Assembly (NCBI GenBank): GCA_963836755.1
Contig: CAWIKF010000002.1
Span: 1,248,001-1,312,000, forward strand
Origin: an uncultured Verrucomicrobiae bacterium
GTDB lineage: Bacteria; Verrucomicrobiota; Verrucomicrobiia; Chthoniobacterales; Chthoniobacteraceae
DNA length: 64,000 bases
Direction of reading: 5' to 3'
Under the pieces are notes generated by a model. It had not been told where the DNA came from, did no database searches, and saw nothing but the letters and a program-made list of their open reading frames with translations. A program made the position numbers and the translations under genes. Below are positions 39,611 to 50,562 of the stretch, one piece after another (the stretch's first letter is position 1; the number at the start of each line of letters is the position of its first letter).

Positions 39611-39647
39611 GAGAGCCCGTATGCCAGCAATGGTGTGCGGGCTTTTT
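39611..39647 (+). terminator. Terminator-like hairpin
   Basis: AGCCCGTATGCCA-GCAA-TGGTGTGCGGGCT followed by TTTT. Confidence 0.55.
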
Positions 39648-39676
39648 CATTCCAAAAAGAAAGGAGCCACACGCTC

Positions 39677-41173
39677 ATGAGTAACATCAATCTACCTGTC
39701 GCCGAGCTGAAACCAGCTCTCATTGGTCTCGGCAAAATCATCGCGAAGCGAACCACTCTGCCTGTGCTCGGCATGATCAAACTGGAGCGCACCAAGGACG
39801 GCTGGATCACATTGACTGGCACCGATCTCGAAACATTTGTCTCCGTGCGACTGGAACAACCTGCCGAAGGTGAGCCGGTTTCGATTTTGGTGGCACACGA
39901 GGATCTAAACCGCATTACCAAACGCTGCCAGAAGGAAGAGACCATCTCAGTCGAGAAGGCAAAGGTTGACAAGGCCCTCGTGAAATACCCGATCGGAAGT
40001 CAAACCGCTGAGGAACATGTCGAATCACTCGCAACGGAGGAATATCCGCCGATGCCGAGAATTAAAAGCGAACCAGTGCCACTTAGCAACGACATCCGCT
40101 CCTCGCTGCTCGATGCCTTTGAGTGCGCGAGCATTGACTCGACACGCATCATCCTCAATGGCGCTTACATCGATGTGTCGAAACCATCCTGCCATCAAAT
40201 CGTCGGAACCGACGGCCGCCATCTGTTTGCCTCCAACTCGTTTCGCCTGCCATTGGCAGAATCCCTCATCATCCCAAGCCACAAGTTTTTGGGGTGGAAG
40301 GAATTCAATAGCGACGGCGAATGGCAACTGCGAGTCCAGAAACCTGAGAACAAAAACGATCGCGGCTTGTTGCAGATCAGCAGCCGGCGCTGGCGCTTCA
40401 TCATCCATCAGATCGAAGGGATGTATCCCAACTGGCGTCAGGTGATTCCATCTCCTGACCAGTTCAACACCACGGTCGAGTTCGAAGCAGCAGCGGCCAA
40501 AGACCTGGTGCAGACGATTAGTCAACTGCCTTCGACCGACAAAATCAATCATCGCCTCGGGATTGAAGTCATTGGCCGAAAAGTCAGCTTCATCGGCCGC
40601 ACCGATGAAAAGCCAGTAAAAGTTGAAGTGATGGAAGCCGTCGCAAAGGGCAAGGATGTCATCATCTACCTCAACCGTGACTTCCTCACCAAAGCATTGA
40701 GCTTCGGTCTCTGCAGGATGCAGATCATCGATGGTCTCTCGCCGGCACGCTTCTCAGATGATGCTGGCAGAGAAATGATCGTCATGCCAATTCGCCCTGA
40801 TGGTCCGGCACAGACACCTGTCACCGCATCAAAGACCTCGGCAACACCAGCTCCAGAGCCCAACGGAAAAGGCGAAGCCGCACCCGTTCACTCTGAAGCT
40901 TCCACCTCAACAGAAAGGAGCAACATGCCAAAAGCAACAGCAGCTACAAATGGCAACGGCCACACCAACGGTCACGCCGCCGAAACCAAAGCTTCGGTTG
41001 AAACTGCCTTGGAGAAAATCGAGACGATCAGAGGTTCGTACCGTGAAGCGATTCAAGGTTTGAACGCTTTGAGCGATATTCTCAAGCAAGTGCAGCGTGA
41101 CCAGAAGACGAGCCAGAGGGAGGTTCAATCGGTTCGCTCGACATTGGAAAAACTACAGACCGTGCGCATCTAG
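39677..41173 (+). CDS. DNA polymerase III beta-clamp homolog with C-terminal extension
   Basis: TTLPVL, GTDLE, TRIILNG, GTDGRHL, YPNWRQVIP and IVMPIR; then a low-complexity linker and coiled coil. Confidence 0.85.
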   Translation: MSNINLPVAELKPALIGLGKIIAKRTTLPVLGMIKLERTKDGWITLTGTDLETFVSVRLEQPAEGEPVSILVAHEDLNRITKRCQKEETISVEKAKVDKALVKYPIGSQTAEEHVESLATEEYPPMPRIKSEPVPLSNDIRSSLLDAFECASIDSTRIILNGAYIDVSKPSCHQIVGTDGRHLFASNSFRLPLAESLIIPSHKFLGWKEFNSDGEWQLRVQKPENKNDRGLLQISSRRWRFIIHQIEGMYPNWRQVIPSPDQFNTTVEFEAAAAKDLVQTISQLPSTDKINHRLGIEVIGRKVSFIGRTDEKPVKVEVMEAVAKGKDVIIYLNRDFLTKALSFGLCRMQIIDGLSPARFSDDAGREMIVMPIRPDGPAQTPVTASKTSATPAPEPNGKGEAAPVHSEASTSTERSNMPKATAATNGNGHTNGHAAETKASVETALEKIETIRGSYREAIQGLNALSDILKQVQRDQKTSQREVQSVRSTLEKLQTVRI

Positions 41174-41490
41174 GATGATGCAGTGCAGTGCAATCCTTAA
41201 GGATGATCGCACTACTGCACTAGATCATTGTCATCGGTGCAGAGGTGCAAACAGTGCAATTGCACCGTTGCACTAGAACTTCAATTTCAGGCGATGAATG
41301 GGACGCAATTCTTCGTCGCTTGAAGTCATCGCAATCCTAAATGGGACGTGGGTTGTGAATACCGGAGGGGTTGGAGCCGAGCGTTACGCAGTGCTCCAGC
41401 CCCTCTCAATCTTTTGTCAATGCCTGGCTGCAAAAGCAAAAGGCCAGGCTCGTTCTCAGCAAGTAAACAACAAACCGAAAGGAGCCAATT

Positions 41491-42276
41491 ATGGTTCAAT
41501 TACTCGATCAACCGGTGGTGCCACGCAAGCACCCCAATCTCATCCTCCACTGTGGAGCCAACAAAGTGGAGCGGCGCGACGTGGAGAAGGTGCCAACGCC
41601 AAGGGCAACCTCCACATGGACACCAATCCCACACACGCAGCTCATCGCGCGGGTGGAGAAAACACTCGCTGCCAATCATCTCACTATCGGCACCTTCGCC
41701 CACAGCCTCAGTCACGACGGCGCGCGCTACTTTGGTCTCATGGAGATCCAGAATGGCGACAGCAACGAAGACTACGCATGGGTGCTCGGCTTACGAAACT
41801 CACACGACAAAACATTCCCAGCCGGCCTTGTTGCTGGGTCCTCTGTGTTCGTTTGTGACAACTTGAGTTTCAGCGGTGAAGTCAAACTCAGCCGCAAACA
41901 CACGACCTACATCGTTCGCGATTTGCCACAGCTCGTGGAGCGTGGCATCGGCCGCATGCTGGAGAAGTGGCACGATCAGCATGTTCGCTTTGACGCATAT
42001 AAAACCAAGCGCATCAATGAAACCTCAGTGCATGATCTGATCATCCGCGCCACGGATGTTGGCGTGTGCTCGAATCGGCTCATTCCTTCGGTGCTTCATC
42101 AATGGCGTGAACCGCAGTATGAGCAATTCCAGGCGAGAAACGTTTGGTCGCTATTCAATGCTTTTACCGCTGCTCTCAAGGAGCAAAGCCTCGCTGAACT
42201 CCCAAAGAGAACGGAAGCATTGCATGGGCTGCTTGATACTCATGTGGGGCTGGCGAAGAAGTTCAGCACGAGCTGA
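41491..42276 (+). CDS. DUF932/DUF945-like protein
   Basis: PIPH, LRNSHD, FVCDNL and WSLFNAFT motifs; AAGGAG RBS. Confidence 0.8.
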   Translation: MVQLLDQPVVPRKHPNLILHCGANKVERRDVEKVPTPRATSTWTPIPHTQLIARVEKTLAANHLTIGTFAHSLSHDGARYFGLMEIQNGDSNEDYAWVLGLRNSHDKTFPAGLVAGSSVFVCDNLSFSGEVKLSRKHTTYIVRDLPQLVERGIGRMLEKWHDQHVRFDAYKTKRINETSVHDLIIRATDVGVCSNRLIPSVLHQWREPQYEQFQARNVWSLFNAFTAALKEQSLAELPKRTEALHGLLDTHVGLAKKFSTS

Positions 42277-42413
42277 TTTTGATTCGAAGGGGAGAGTTCA
42301 GACTTCGTCTGGACTCTTTTCTTTAGCTAGGCGGTCTGGGTGATCATGAGTCGTTCATCGAGGATTAAGTTGACTCATCGAGATCTGCCGGGATAATGAG
42401 CGTTCCCTTCCCT

Positions 42414-42557
42414 TGCTGCTCGATGAAAATCACCGAAGACGTCCGCAAATACGCCGCCGAGCAAGGCCTCCCCGAAGATGAAGCTTTGCAAAAAGGACTC
42501 GCCGAAAAGTCTGCCGAGTTCGTGGAAAAAGGCGCGGAGGTTTACGCCAAGGCATAA
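42414..42557 (+). pseudogene. thiC: 3'-terminal fragment of thiC
   Basis: [46 protein letters not shown] resembles the ThiC C-terminus. Confidence 0.8.
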
Positions 42558-42588
42558 TTACAACAAAAACCTAATCACTCACTTCACA

Positions 42589-43731
42589 ATGGCTCATCGA
42601 GAAAAGCTATCACCCGCCGAGATTGAGAAACGTTATGACTCTGGGCAGAACCGTCTGACACAAGAGCGGAGCGACTTTCTGCTTCCTCAAATCATTGACT
42701 TTGTTCAGCAGAAAAAATGGCTCAATCTTAGGCCGGAATATCAGCGCCGACTGGTGTGGGATCGTAAAAAGAAGTCTTTATTCATCGAGTCCCTATTGAT
42801 GAACATCCCAGTGCCACCTGTATTTTTGTATGAGACCGATTTAAGTCGGTATGAGGTCATGGATGGACAGCAACGACTAAATACCATTTTGGAATTTTAT
42901 GGTAACCAACTGAAGTTAACTGGCCTCGACACTTGGTCGCCACTCAACGGGCTAACCTATTTAAAATGCCCACCTCGGATAAAGAGTGGGCTGGACCGAC
43001 GGCGCATTTCGGCAAATGTGCTTCTTGCAGAGAGCGCATCGACGCCCGCGGAGGTCAACTTCATCAGACGAACCGTTTTTGAACGCCTAAATACAGGCGG
43101 ACAGCAACTGAACGCTCAAGAACTTCGGAATTCCCTATACTCGGGACCCTTCAATGATCTGATCATTGAACTGGCTGGAAATCGCTTGTTTGATCAAATT
43201 TGGGAAATCCCGCCCTATGAAGATCATTATCGAAAAGAGGAAGGCTATATAAGCCCCGAACTCGCTGAGAATAAGCTGTTCAAACGGATGACTGATTGCG
43301 AAATCGTCCTCCGCTTTTTTACATTTCGAAATAGTTCTTCGATCAAGGGATCGGTTAGGTCAATGCTGGATAGCTGCATGGATGAGAAACGTGAAGCTGA
43401 CAAGTCGCAGATCGACGAATTGAGAACAGCTTTCACGGAAAGCCTTGAGACGGCGCACAAAATCTTCGGCGCACGCACATTTCAAGTTCGTGACCCGAAG
43501 GGTAGCTGGAAGCTTTCCCAGCCACTGTTTGACGCAGTAATGGTCGCTACAAACATTCTAATAGCGAAAAAGGACAGCTTGATTCTGAATCGCAGTAAGC
43601 TCTCGAAAGATTTGCATGATGTCCTCGCTGTGCCCGAGACCTATGACATTGTGGTGGGTAAGCCCAATACGGCTATTGCAATCCGTCAGCGGCTTTCAAT
43701 CGTTGGTGATATTTTCAAAAAGCATTCTTAA
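42589..43731 (+). CDS. DUF262 (GmrS-like) protein
   Basis: PEYQRRLVW, DGQQRL and FERLNTGG motifs. Confidence 0.9.
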   Translation: MAHREKLSPAEIEKRYDSGQNRLTQERSDFLLPQIIDFVQQKKWLNLRPEYQRRLVWDRKKKSLFIESLLMNIPVPPVFLYETDLSRYEVMDGQQRLNTILEFYGNQLKLTGLDTWSPLNGLTYLKCPPRIKSGLDRRRISANVLLAESASTPAEVNFIRRTVFERLNTGGQQLNAQELRNSLYSGPFNDLIIELAGNRLFDQIWEIPPYEDHYRKEEGYISPELAENKLFKRMTDCEIVLRFFTFRNSSSIKGSVRSMLDSCMDEKREADKSQIDELRTAFTESLETAHKIFGARTFQVRDPKGSWKLSQPLFDAVMVATNILIAKKDSLILNRSKLSKDLHDVLAVPETYDIVVGKPNTAIAIRQRLSIVGDIFKKHS

Positions 43732-44513
43732 TGGCTGCAGCGTTTGCAGACGCTGGGCTTAAAGAGTTTGGCTTGGCTTTAGACGAACTGGCTGAGGACC
43801 TAGAGTTCTTGCGTTTGTCTTCGAGGCTTCGCCCACGCTTGGGAGCCTTGCTAAATTGGCAGGCTGTCGATGGCGATGCAGCCCAACTCGCAAAGGGTTT
43901 CATGAACCTCAAAACGGTAGAGCTTTCTCCGCTTTACCGAGGAATGATCGCAGTTCTTTCCGGAACCTTCGAGCAATTGGTTAGGCGGGTGGTTCAAGAA
44001 GCGGTGCTACAGATCAACAATGATGTAGATGTCTTCGATAAACTGCCGGACGGGATCAAAGTTCATAATTTATTCTTCAGTGGTCGCGCACTTTGTGCAG
44101 TTCGCGAACCTCCTGATCACGTAACGATCGATCATTACTTGCTCGTCCGTTCGTTGGCAACTTGCACACCCGGAGCGCAGAAATTCGTATTAAACGCCGA
44201 TGCTTTCGCCATGTTCATCACCAATCTTACTCCCTCACACCTTGGGGACATCTGTCACTCGATTGGTGTTTCGTTGAATTGGGACTACTTTGGAAAAGTA
44301 AACGCTTTTGAAAAACTGTTCGGATCGAAGGGAGCACGCTCATTGGGGAAGATGGTTTCCGATCGACTTGCGGATATAGTCAAATTGAGAAATCGCATAG
44401 CTCATACCGGCGCCGGCGGGGTTACGGTATCGGAGGAGGACGTCGCGTCACATATCGCGTTCCTAAGAATCCTTGGGCTAAGCTTTTCCGCTTTTATCGA
44501 GGCCGAACTCTAG
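43731..44513 (+). CDS. HEPN-family putative RNase
   Basis: RNRIAH (Rx4H) motif; coupled to the DUF262 gene. Confidence 0.75.
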   Translation: MAAAFADAGLKEFGLALDELAEDLEFLRLSSRLRPRLGALLNWQAVDGDAAQLAKGFMNLKTVELSPLYRGMIAVLSGTFEQLVRRVVQEAVLQINNDVDVFDKLPDGIKVHNLFFSGRALCAVREPPDHVTIDHYLLVRSLATCTPGAQKFVLNADAFAMFITNLTPSHLGDICHSIGVSLNWDYFGKVNAFEKLFGSKGARSLGKMVSDRLADIVKLRNRIAHTGAGGVTVSEEDVASHIAFLRILGLSFSAFIEAEL

Positions 44514-44516
44514 CAC

Positions 44517-44621
44517 GTGAACACCCCATTCATCCACCCCGCCGTCCGCATCGGGCATGTGCATTTGAAGGTGGCGGATTTGGAGTTGGCGATTAGGTTT
44601 TATCGGGATCCTGAACCATAA
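44517..44621 (+). pseudogene. 5' fragment of a VOC/glyoxalase gene
   Basis: IHPAVRIGHVHLKVADLELAIRFY, then stop. Confidence 0.65.
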
Positions 44622-44655
44622 CGCTAGCCCTACTTCTGGATTTCCGCAGCCGCTC

Positions 44656-47600
44656 ATGCCTTCCCCAAAACAAACGATCCACACCATTCTCGACCAATTT
44701 CGCGAGGAAACCACCTCCAATCGCGAACTTGGTGACCGTTTCGAGCGTCTGATCTGCCGCTACCTCGAACTCGACCCGATGTATGTAGATCGCTTCTCCA
44801 GCGTATGGATGTGGAATGAGTTCCCAAAAAAAGGAAACGTCGGAGATGTGGGCATAGATATCGTGGCGGAGGAACGCGCGACCGGAGAATACTGTGCCAT
44901 CCAGTGCAAGTTCTACTGCCTGATCACACGCTCTCGAAGGGCGAATTGGATTCCTACTTCACTGCATTGGGAAATCCCCTGTTCACCAATGGCATGATTG
45001 TCTCCACGACGGATCAATGGGGATCGAATGCGGAGCACGCGGCGGCTCATCAAACAAAACAAGTTTCTCGGCTGCGCGTCCAAGACCTCGACGAAAGTCC
45101 GGTGGACTGGGCGAAGTTCGATCTCAAGCGCCCGACAGACCTCGGTCTCCGCGCCCGTAAAAAGCCAAGGCCACATCAAGACGAAGCGATTAAGGATGTG
45201 CTCGCGGGCCTTGTCATTGCCGACCGTGGCAAACTCATTATGGCTTGCGGCACGGGCAAGACGTTCACGTCACTTTGCATCGCGAAAAACTCGCGCCGAA
45301 AGGCCATATCCTTTTTCTCGTGCCGTCGCTCTCCCTGCTGTCACAGAGCTTGCGCGAATGGACTGCGGAATCCACTCGCCCGCTCCACAGCCTTGCCGTG
45401 TGCTCAGATGCGAATATTGGCAAGAAACATACAAAGACCGATGACGATAGCGCGGACATCACCACGATAGACCTGGCGTTTCCTGCTACGACCTCCGCAA
45501 AGCAGATCGTCCGTCAGTATGAGGCAGTGCAGAGCATGGCGGAGAAAAAGAAGACCCCTCCCCAGATGACAGCGGTCTTCTCCACCTATCAATCTATCGC
45601 CGCTGTTTCCGAGGCCCAAAAGGCAGGGCTACCGGACTTCGATCTCATCATCTGCGACGAAGCGCACCGCACCACGGGCGTCACGATTAGCGGCGAGGAC
45701 GAGAGCCATTTCGTGAAAGTCCACGATGCCGCCTATATTCGTGGAAAGAAGCGTCTCTACATGACGGCCACGCCGCGCATCTATGGCGATCAAGCCAAAT
45801 TGAAGGCGCAGGAAGCGGATGCCAAACTCTGCGACATGGACGATGAGGCGATGTTTGGCCAGCAACTCCACCGTCTCGGCTTCGGCGAAGCCGTCGGTAA
45901 AGAACTGCTTTCCGACTACAAGGTGCTCGTCCTCGCCGTGGACTCGGGCTACGTCTCCAAGGCGTTCCTCACCGGCGCGACGAAAGAGATACCGCTTGAG
46001 GATGCCGCCAAGATTACCGGTTGCTGGAATGGCCTCGCCAAACATCTCGACAAAGCGGCCTCTGCCGAGGGTGGCGACACCGCTGTAGATTTGCATGGCG
46101 ATAACGCGCCCATGCGCCGTGCTGTAGCCTTTTCCCGCTCCATTAAAGACTCGAAAGCCTTCACACAGCAATTTGCCCAGATCATCGACGCCTATCGCGC
46201 CTTGCACCCGGAAAAAGATAACATCCTCCGTTGTGAGCTGGATCATGTGGACGGCACCTTTGGTGCGCTCGCACGCAATGCCCGTCTGGACTGGCTCAAA
46301 GCCGACGCCGGGGAGAATACTTGTCGTATCCTTTCAAATGCCCGCTGCCTTTCTGAAGGTGTAGATGTTCCCGCGCTGGATGCGGTGCTCTTCCTCAATC
46401 CACGTAACTCTGTCATTGATGTCGTCCAGTCCGTTGGGCGCGTCATGCGTCGGGCCGAGGGAAAAAAATACGGTTACATCCTTCTTCCTATTGTTATCCC
46501 GCCGGATGTTACGCCTGAAGAGGCGCTGAAGGACAACGAACGCTACAAAGTCGTTTGGCAAGTCCTCCAAGCACTCCGCGCCCATGACGACCGCTTCAAT
46601 GCCACCGTCAACCAGATCGAGCTAAATAAAAAACGGCCCGCCAACATCCAGGTCATCGGCGTCGGCGACCCGCTGCCGAGCCTCGAAACCCACGGCGACA
46701 GCAAACCCAAAACACAGGAGACGCAGGGCACTTTTGTCTTTCCCCACTTGGAAGATTGGAAAGATGCCATCTATGCCAAGATCGTTCTTAAATGCGGAGA
46801 TCGCCGTTATTGGGAAAGCTGGGCCAAGGATGTCGCTATCATCGCCGAGCGCCACGCCACCCGCATACGGGCATTGCTCGAAAGCGGCGAGCCTCGCCAC
46901 AAATCCGCCTTTGCCGATTTCCTCGCGGGTCTTCGCCAAAATCTCAATCCTAGCATCTCTTCCGATGACGCCATTGAAATGCTTTCCCAGCACCTGATCA
47001 CGCGCCCGGTCTTCGACGCGCTTTTTGCGAACTACGAATTTACAAAGCACAACCCCGTCTCCCTGGCCATGCAGACCATGCTTGATACCTTGCATGATCA
47101 AGACTTGGAGACGGAGGTCGGGAAGCTGGAGAAATTCTATGACAGCGTCCGCGCCCGTGCTTCAAAGATAGATAACGCCGAGGCCAGACAGCGCATCGTC
47201 ATAGAACTCTATGACAAGTTCTTTAGCACCGCTTTCCCAAAAGTGAAGGAGCGCCTCGGCATCGTCTATACCCCGGTCGAGGTCGTGGACTTCATCATCC
47301 ACAGCGTCAGCGACGCCCTCCAGAGCGAGTTCGGTTCTGCGCTCGGGGACAAGGATGTCCACATCATAGACCCCTTCACCGGCACCGGCACCTTCATCGT
47401 CCGCCTTCTGCAAAGCGGCCTCATCCCCGCCGCCGACCTCCTGCGCAAATACCAGCACGAGCTGCACGCCAACGAAATCATCCTCCTCGCCTACTACATC
47501 GCCGCTATCAATATCGAGGAGACCTTCCACGGCCTCATGCGCGAGCGCGCTGCGAAGTATCCCGGCAAAAAGCCTGCCGACGCCACCAAGGCGGACAGCT

Positions 47601-49582
47601 ACATCCCCTTCGAGGGCATCGTCCTCACCGACACCTTCCAGCTCTCGGAGACAAAGGGAGAGATGGAGGAAAAAATGTTCCCCGAGAACAACCGCCGCGT
47701 GAAGCGCCAACGGCAAAGCCCCATCCGTGTCGTCACCGGCAACCCGCCCTACTCAGCCCAGCAAGAAAGCGAGAGCGACAACAACAAGAATCTTGCCTAC
47801 CCGAGCTTGGACGCTCGCATTGCCGCGACCTACGCCGAACGCTCCAATTCCAAACTGGCGAAGAACAACTACGACTCCTATATTCGCGCTCTCCGTTGGG
47901 CCAGCGACCGCATCGAGGCAAAAGGCATCGTCGCCTTCGTAACGAGTAGTTCCTTCATCTCGAAGAACAACATGGACGGCATCCGTGCCAGCTTGGTTGA
48001 TGAGTTCAGCGCCATTTACATCTTCAATCTTCGAGGTGACGCGCGGACGCAGGGCGAACAGCGACGCATGGAAAAGGGTAACGTGTTTGGCGGAGGGAGC
48101 CGCTCTGGGATCGCCATATCGCTCCTCATCAAGAACCCCGAGAAGGTAGGGAAATGCGAACTCTACTACCACGACATCGGCGACTATCTCAGCCAAGAGG
48201 AGAAGCTCGCTCTCATCCGCAACACCCAAAGCGTCAACGGTATTCACCGAGAGAAAAAGTGGTTGCGCATCCAGCCCAACGCGAGCCATGACTGGCTCAA
48301 TCAGCGAGACCCGATTTTCAGCACATTCTTACCGCTTGGCGATAAAGACGATAAAAGCACGAAAACCGTGTTTTCTACTTACTCGCTCGGTGTAGTGACC
48401 AACCGCGACACTTGGGCCTACAACACGTCGCGGGCAGCGGTTGAAGCAAACATCCAACGACTGATAGAAGCCTACAACTCAGAGCGTGCGCGTTACCGTG
48501 ATGCTTGCATCGGCAAAGGCAAAGACGAGATACCAGAAATCGAGAGCATCATCGATTCGGATCTAAAACGTATTAGCTGGACCAGGGCGCTTAAGGCGGA
48601 CGCCAAGCGCGGTAAACCCTTGGAGTTTGAAAGCCAATCGCTCACCACGAGCATGTATCGCCCGTTCGTGAAGCAATGGCTTTATTTCAACCGCCGCCTC
48701 AATGAGATGGTTTACCAGATGCCGAAACTCTTCCCCTCTGCGGCACACAGCAATATCGTCTTATCCGCGATGGGAAGCGGCGCAACGAAGGACTTCTCGG
48801 TTCTCGCGACGAGCACCTTGCCCGACCTCGAAATGATTGCGAAAGGCCAGTGCTTCTCACTTTACGTCTATGAGAAGGACGCGCCGCAAGAGGGTGAACT
48901 TATCGGCAAGCAGCAGGAGGGCGAGCTGGTGGACGGCTACCGGCGGAGGAGCGCCATCACGGATGCGATCCTCGCGGATTTCCGCAAGGCGTATGAGGCG
49001 AAGGTCACGAAGGAGGACATCTTTTACTACGTGTATGGCGTGCTGCATTCGCCGGAGTATCGGGCGCGCTTTGCCAGCGACCTGAAGAAGATGCTGCCGC
49101 GCATCCCCTACACCCGGGAGGTGGCGGACTTCTGGAAGTTCAGCAAGTCAGGCCGCGACCTCGCCGAGTGGCATTTGAATTACGAAACCGTCGAGCCGTG
49201 GCCGATCCAGGAACATTCCAACTCTTTGTCACTCGACCCCGCAAAAGACTACCTCGTGCAGCCGAAGATGAACTTTGGCCGCAAGGACAAGCAGGTGGAC
49301 AAGACGGCCATCATCTACAACAACCGCCTCACCCTCACCGGCATCCCGCTTTCCGCCTACGACTACGTGGTGAACGGCAAGCCCGCCATCGAGTGGATCA
49401 TGGAGCGTTACCAAGTGACCGTGGACAAGGACAGCGGCATCCGCAACGACCCGAACGATTGGGCGCGCGAACACCAACAGCCGCGCTACATCGTCGATTT
49501 ACTTAAGCGGTTGGTGCGGGTGAGCATGGAGACGATGAAGATCGTGAATGACTTGCCAGCGATCAACGAGCGAATTAAATGA
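44656..49582 (+). pseudogene. Type ISP restriction-modification enzyme (LlaGI/LlaBIII-like) with two frameshifts
   Basis: IDIV...AIQCK nuclease; ACGTGKT and DEAH helicase; DPFTGTGTF and NPPY methyltransferase; frame breaks near 44916 and 45285. Confidence 0.85.
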
Positions 49583-49720
49583 GTAAAGGTTATCTTCCCA
49601 GTAAGCGCAATGGTTGGAGCGGCGGCGTGTGCCAATTTCAATCGCGCCTCCAGAATCTGCCCCTCCGCCAGTCCATCCTCCAAAAAGCCTTCGGCAGCGC
49701 CTAAGAATTCCGGAAATCTA

Positions 49721-50152
49721 ATGAAATCAACTCCAGCAACTCACGCACTTGAAAAACTTGCCCGTTCCTACAGCGAGCGACATCTGGCTGTGAACGCAGA
49801 GTATCAACGGGGAGCCGCTTGGAACGTCCGCCAGCAAAGAGCTCTTATAGATTCGATTCTTCGTGGATTTGTTTTACCGATCTTCTATGTCCACGTAGTC
49901 AAAACGCCAAACCTTTTCACTGGTTTCGAAACGGTAACCGCTTGGCTTGTAGATGGTCAACAGCGGCTAAACGCAATCACTGAGTATATGCGTGGACGCT
50001 TCGCCCTAAATGATCCCAGTCTTGGAACGACAGGTTTAGCAATGGCCTACGAGCGGCTAAATCCGCCCCGATGGGCGGGCAAGCGTTTCGAGGACCTTGA
50101 AGAGTTGACATTATTGTTGTTCCTGAAAATGACCGACAGCCAGGGTGTGTAA
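49721..50152 (+). pseudogene. Truncated DUF262 protein
   Basis: EYQRG and DGQQRL motifs; ends early in an HsdM-like ELTLLLFLKM peptide. Confidence 0.65.
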
Positions 50153-50180
50153 AACTTTTTCTACCCTGACATCGTAAGTT

Positions 50181-50498
50181 ATGTGGCTCGCAACCAAACA
50201 CTGCTTTTACTCCATCGCCCATAAGCAAGCACCTGACGACGGAAAGCCAGCAGTTTACCATGTTCGTGCTCGTGTTCGCGGAGATTTGGAGAATCTGCTT
50301 AAAGCCACAGGGATGCTCCAAGAGATCCAGGAATGGCCGAAAGCTGATTACCGCTATCGGATTATCGTGAGCCAGCAGGAGGCGTTTGAGATCATGAACC
50401 ACCTAGCTGAGAGTTTGGATTACTCCAATTTCAAATCCAAATCGCCGCCACGGACGATCAAGGTGGGAAGCTCCACGCTTACCACGAAATCTGGGTAA
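50181..50498 (+). CDS. Hypothetical protein, probable C-terminal frameshift
   Basis: MWL...FYSI...VRAR...DYRYR...LDYSNFK. Confidence 0.55.
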   Translation: MWLATKHCFYSIAHKQAPDDGKPAVYHVRARVRGDLENLLKATGMLQEIQEWPKADYRYRIIVSQQEAFEIMNHLAESLDYSNFKSKSPPRTIKVGSSTLTTKSG

Positions 50499-50562
50499 TG
50501 GATAAACTGCAAATGCGGTGAAGGACAACCAACAACCCGAATTATTAACAACCTATTTGAGT

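Noticed and set aside
39677..41173. Chromosomal dnaN / oriC region
   Set aside because: Divergent, extended protein inside a mobile element, with no dnaA, recF or gyrB.
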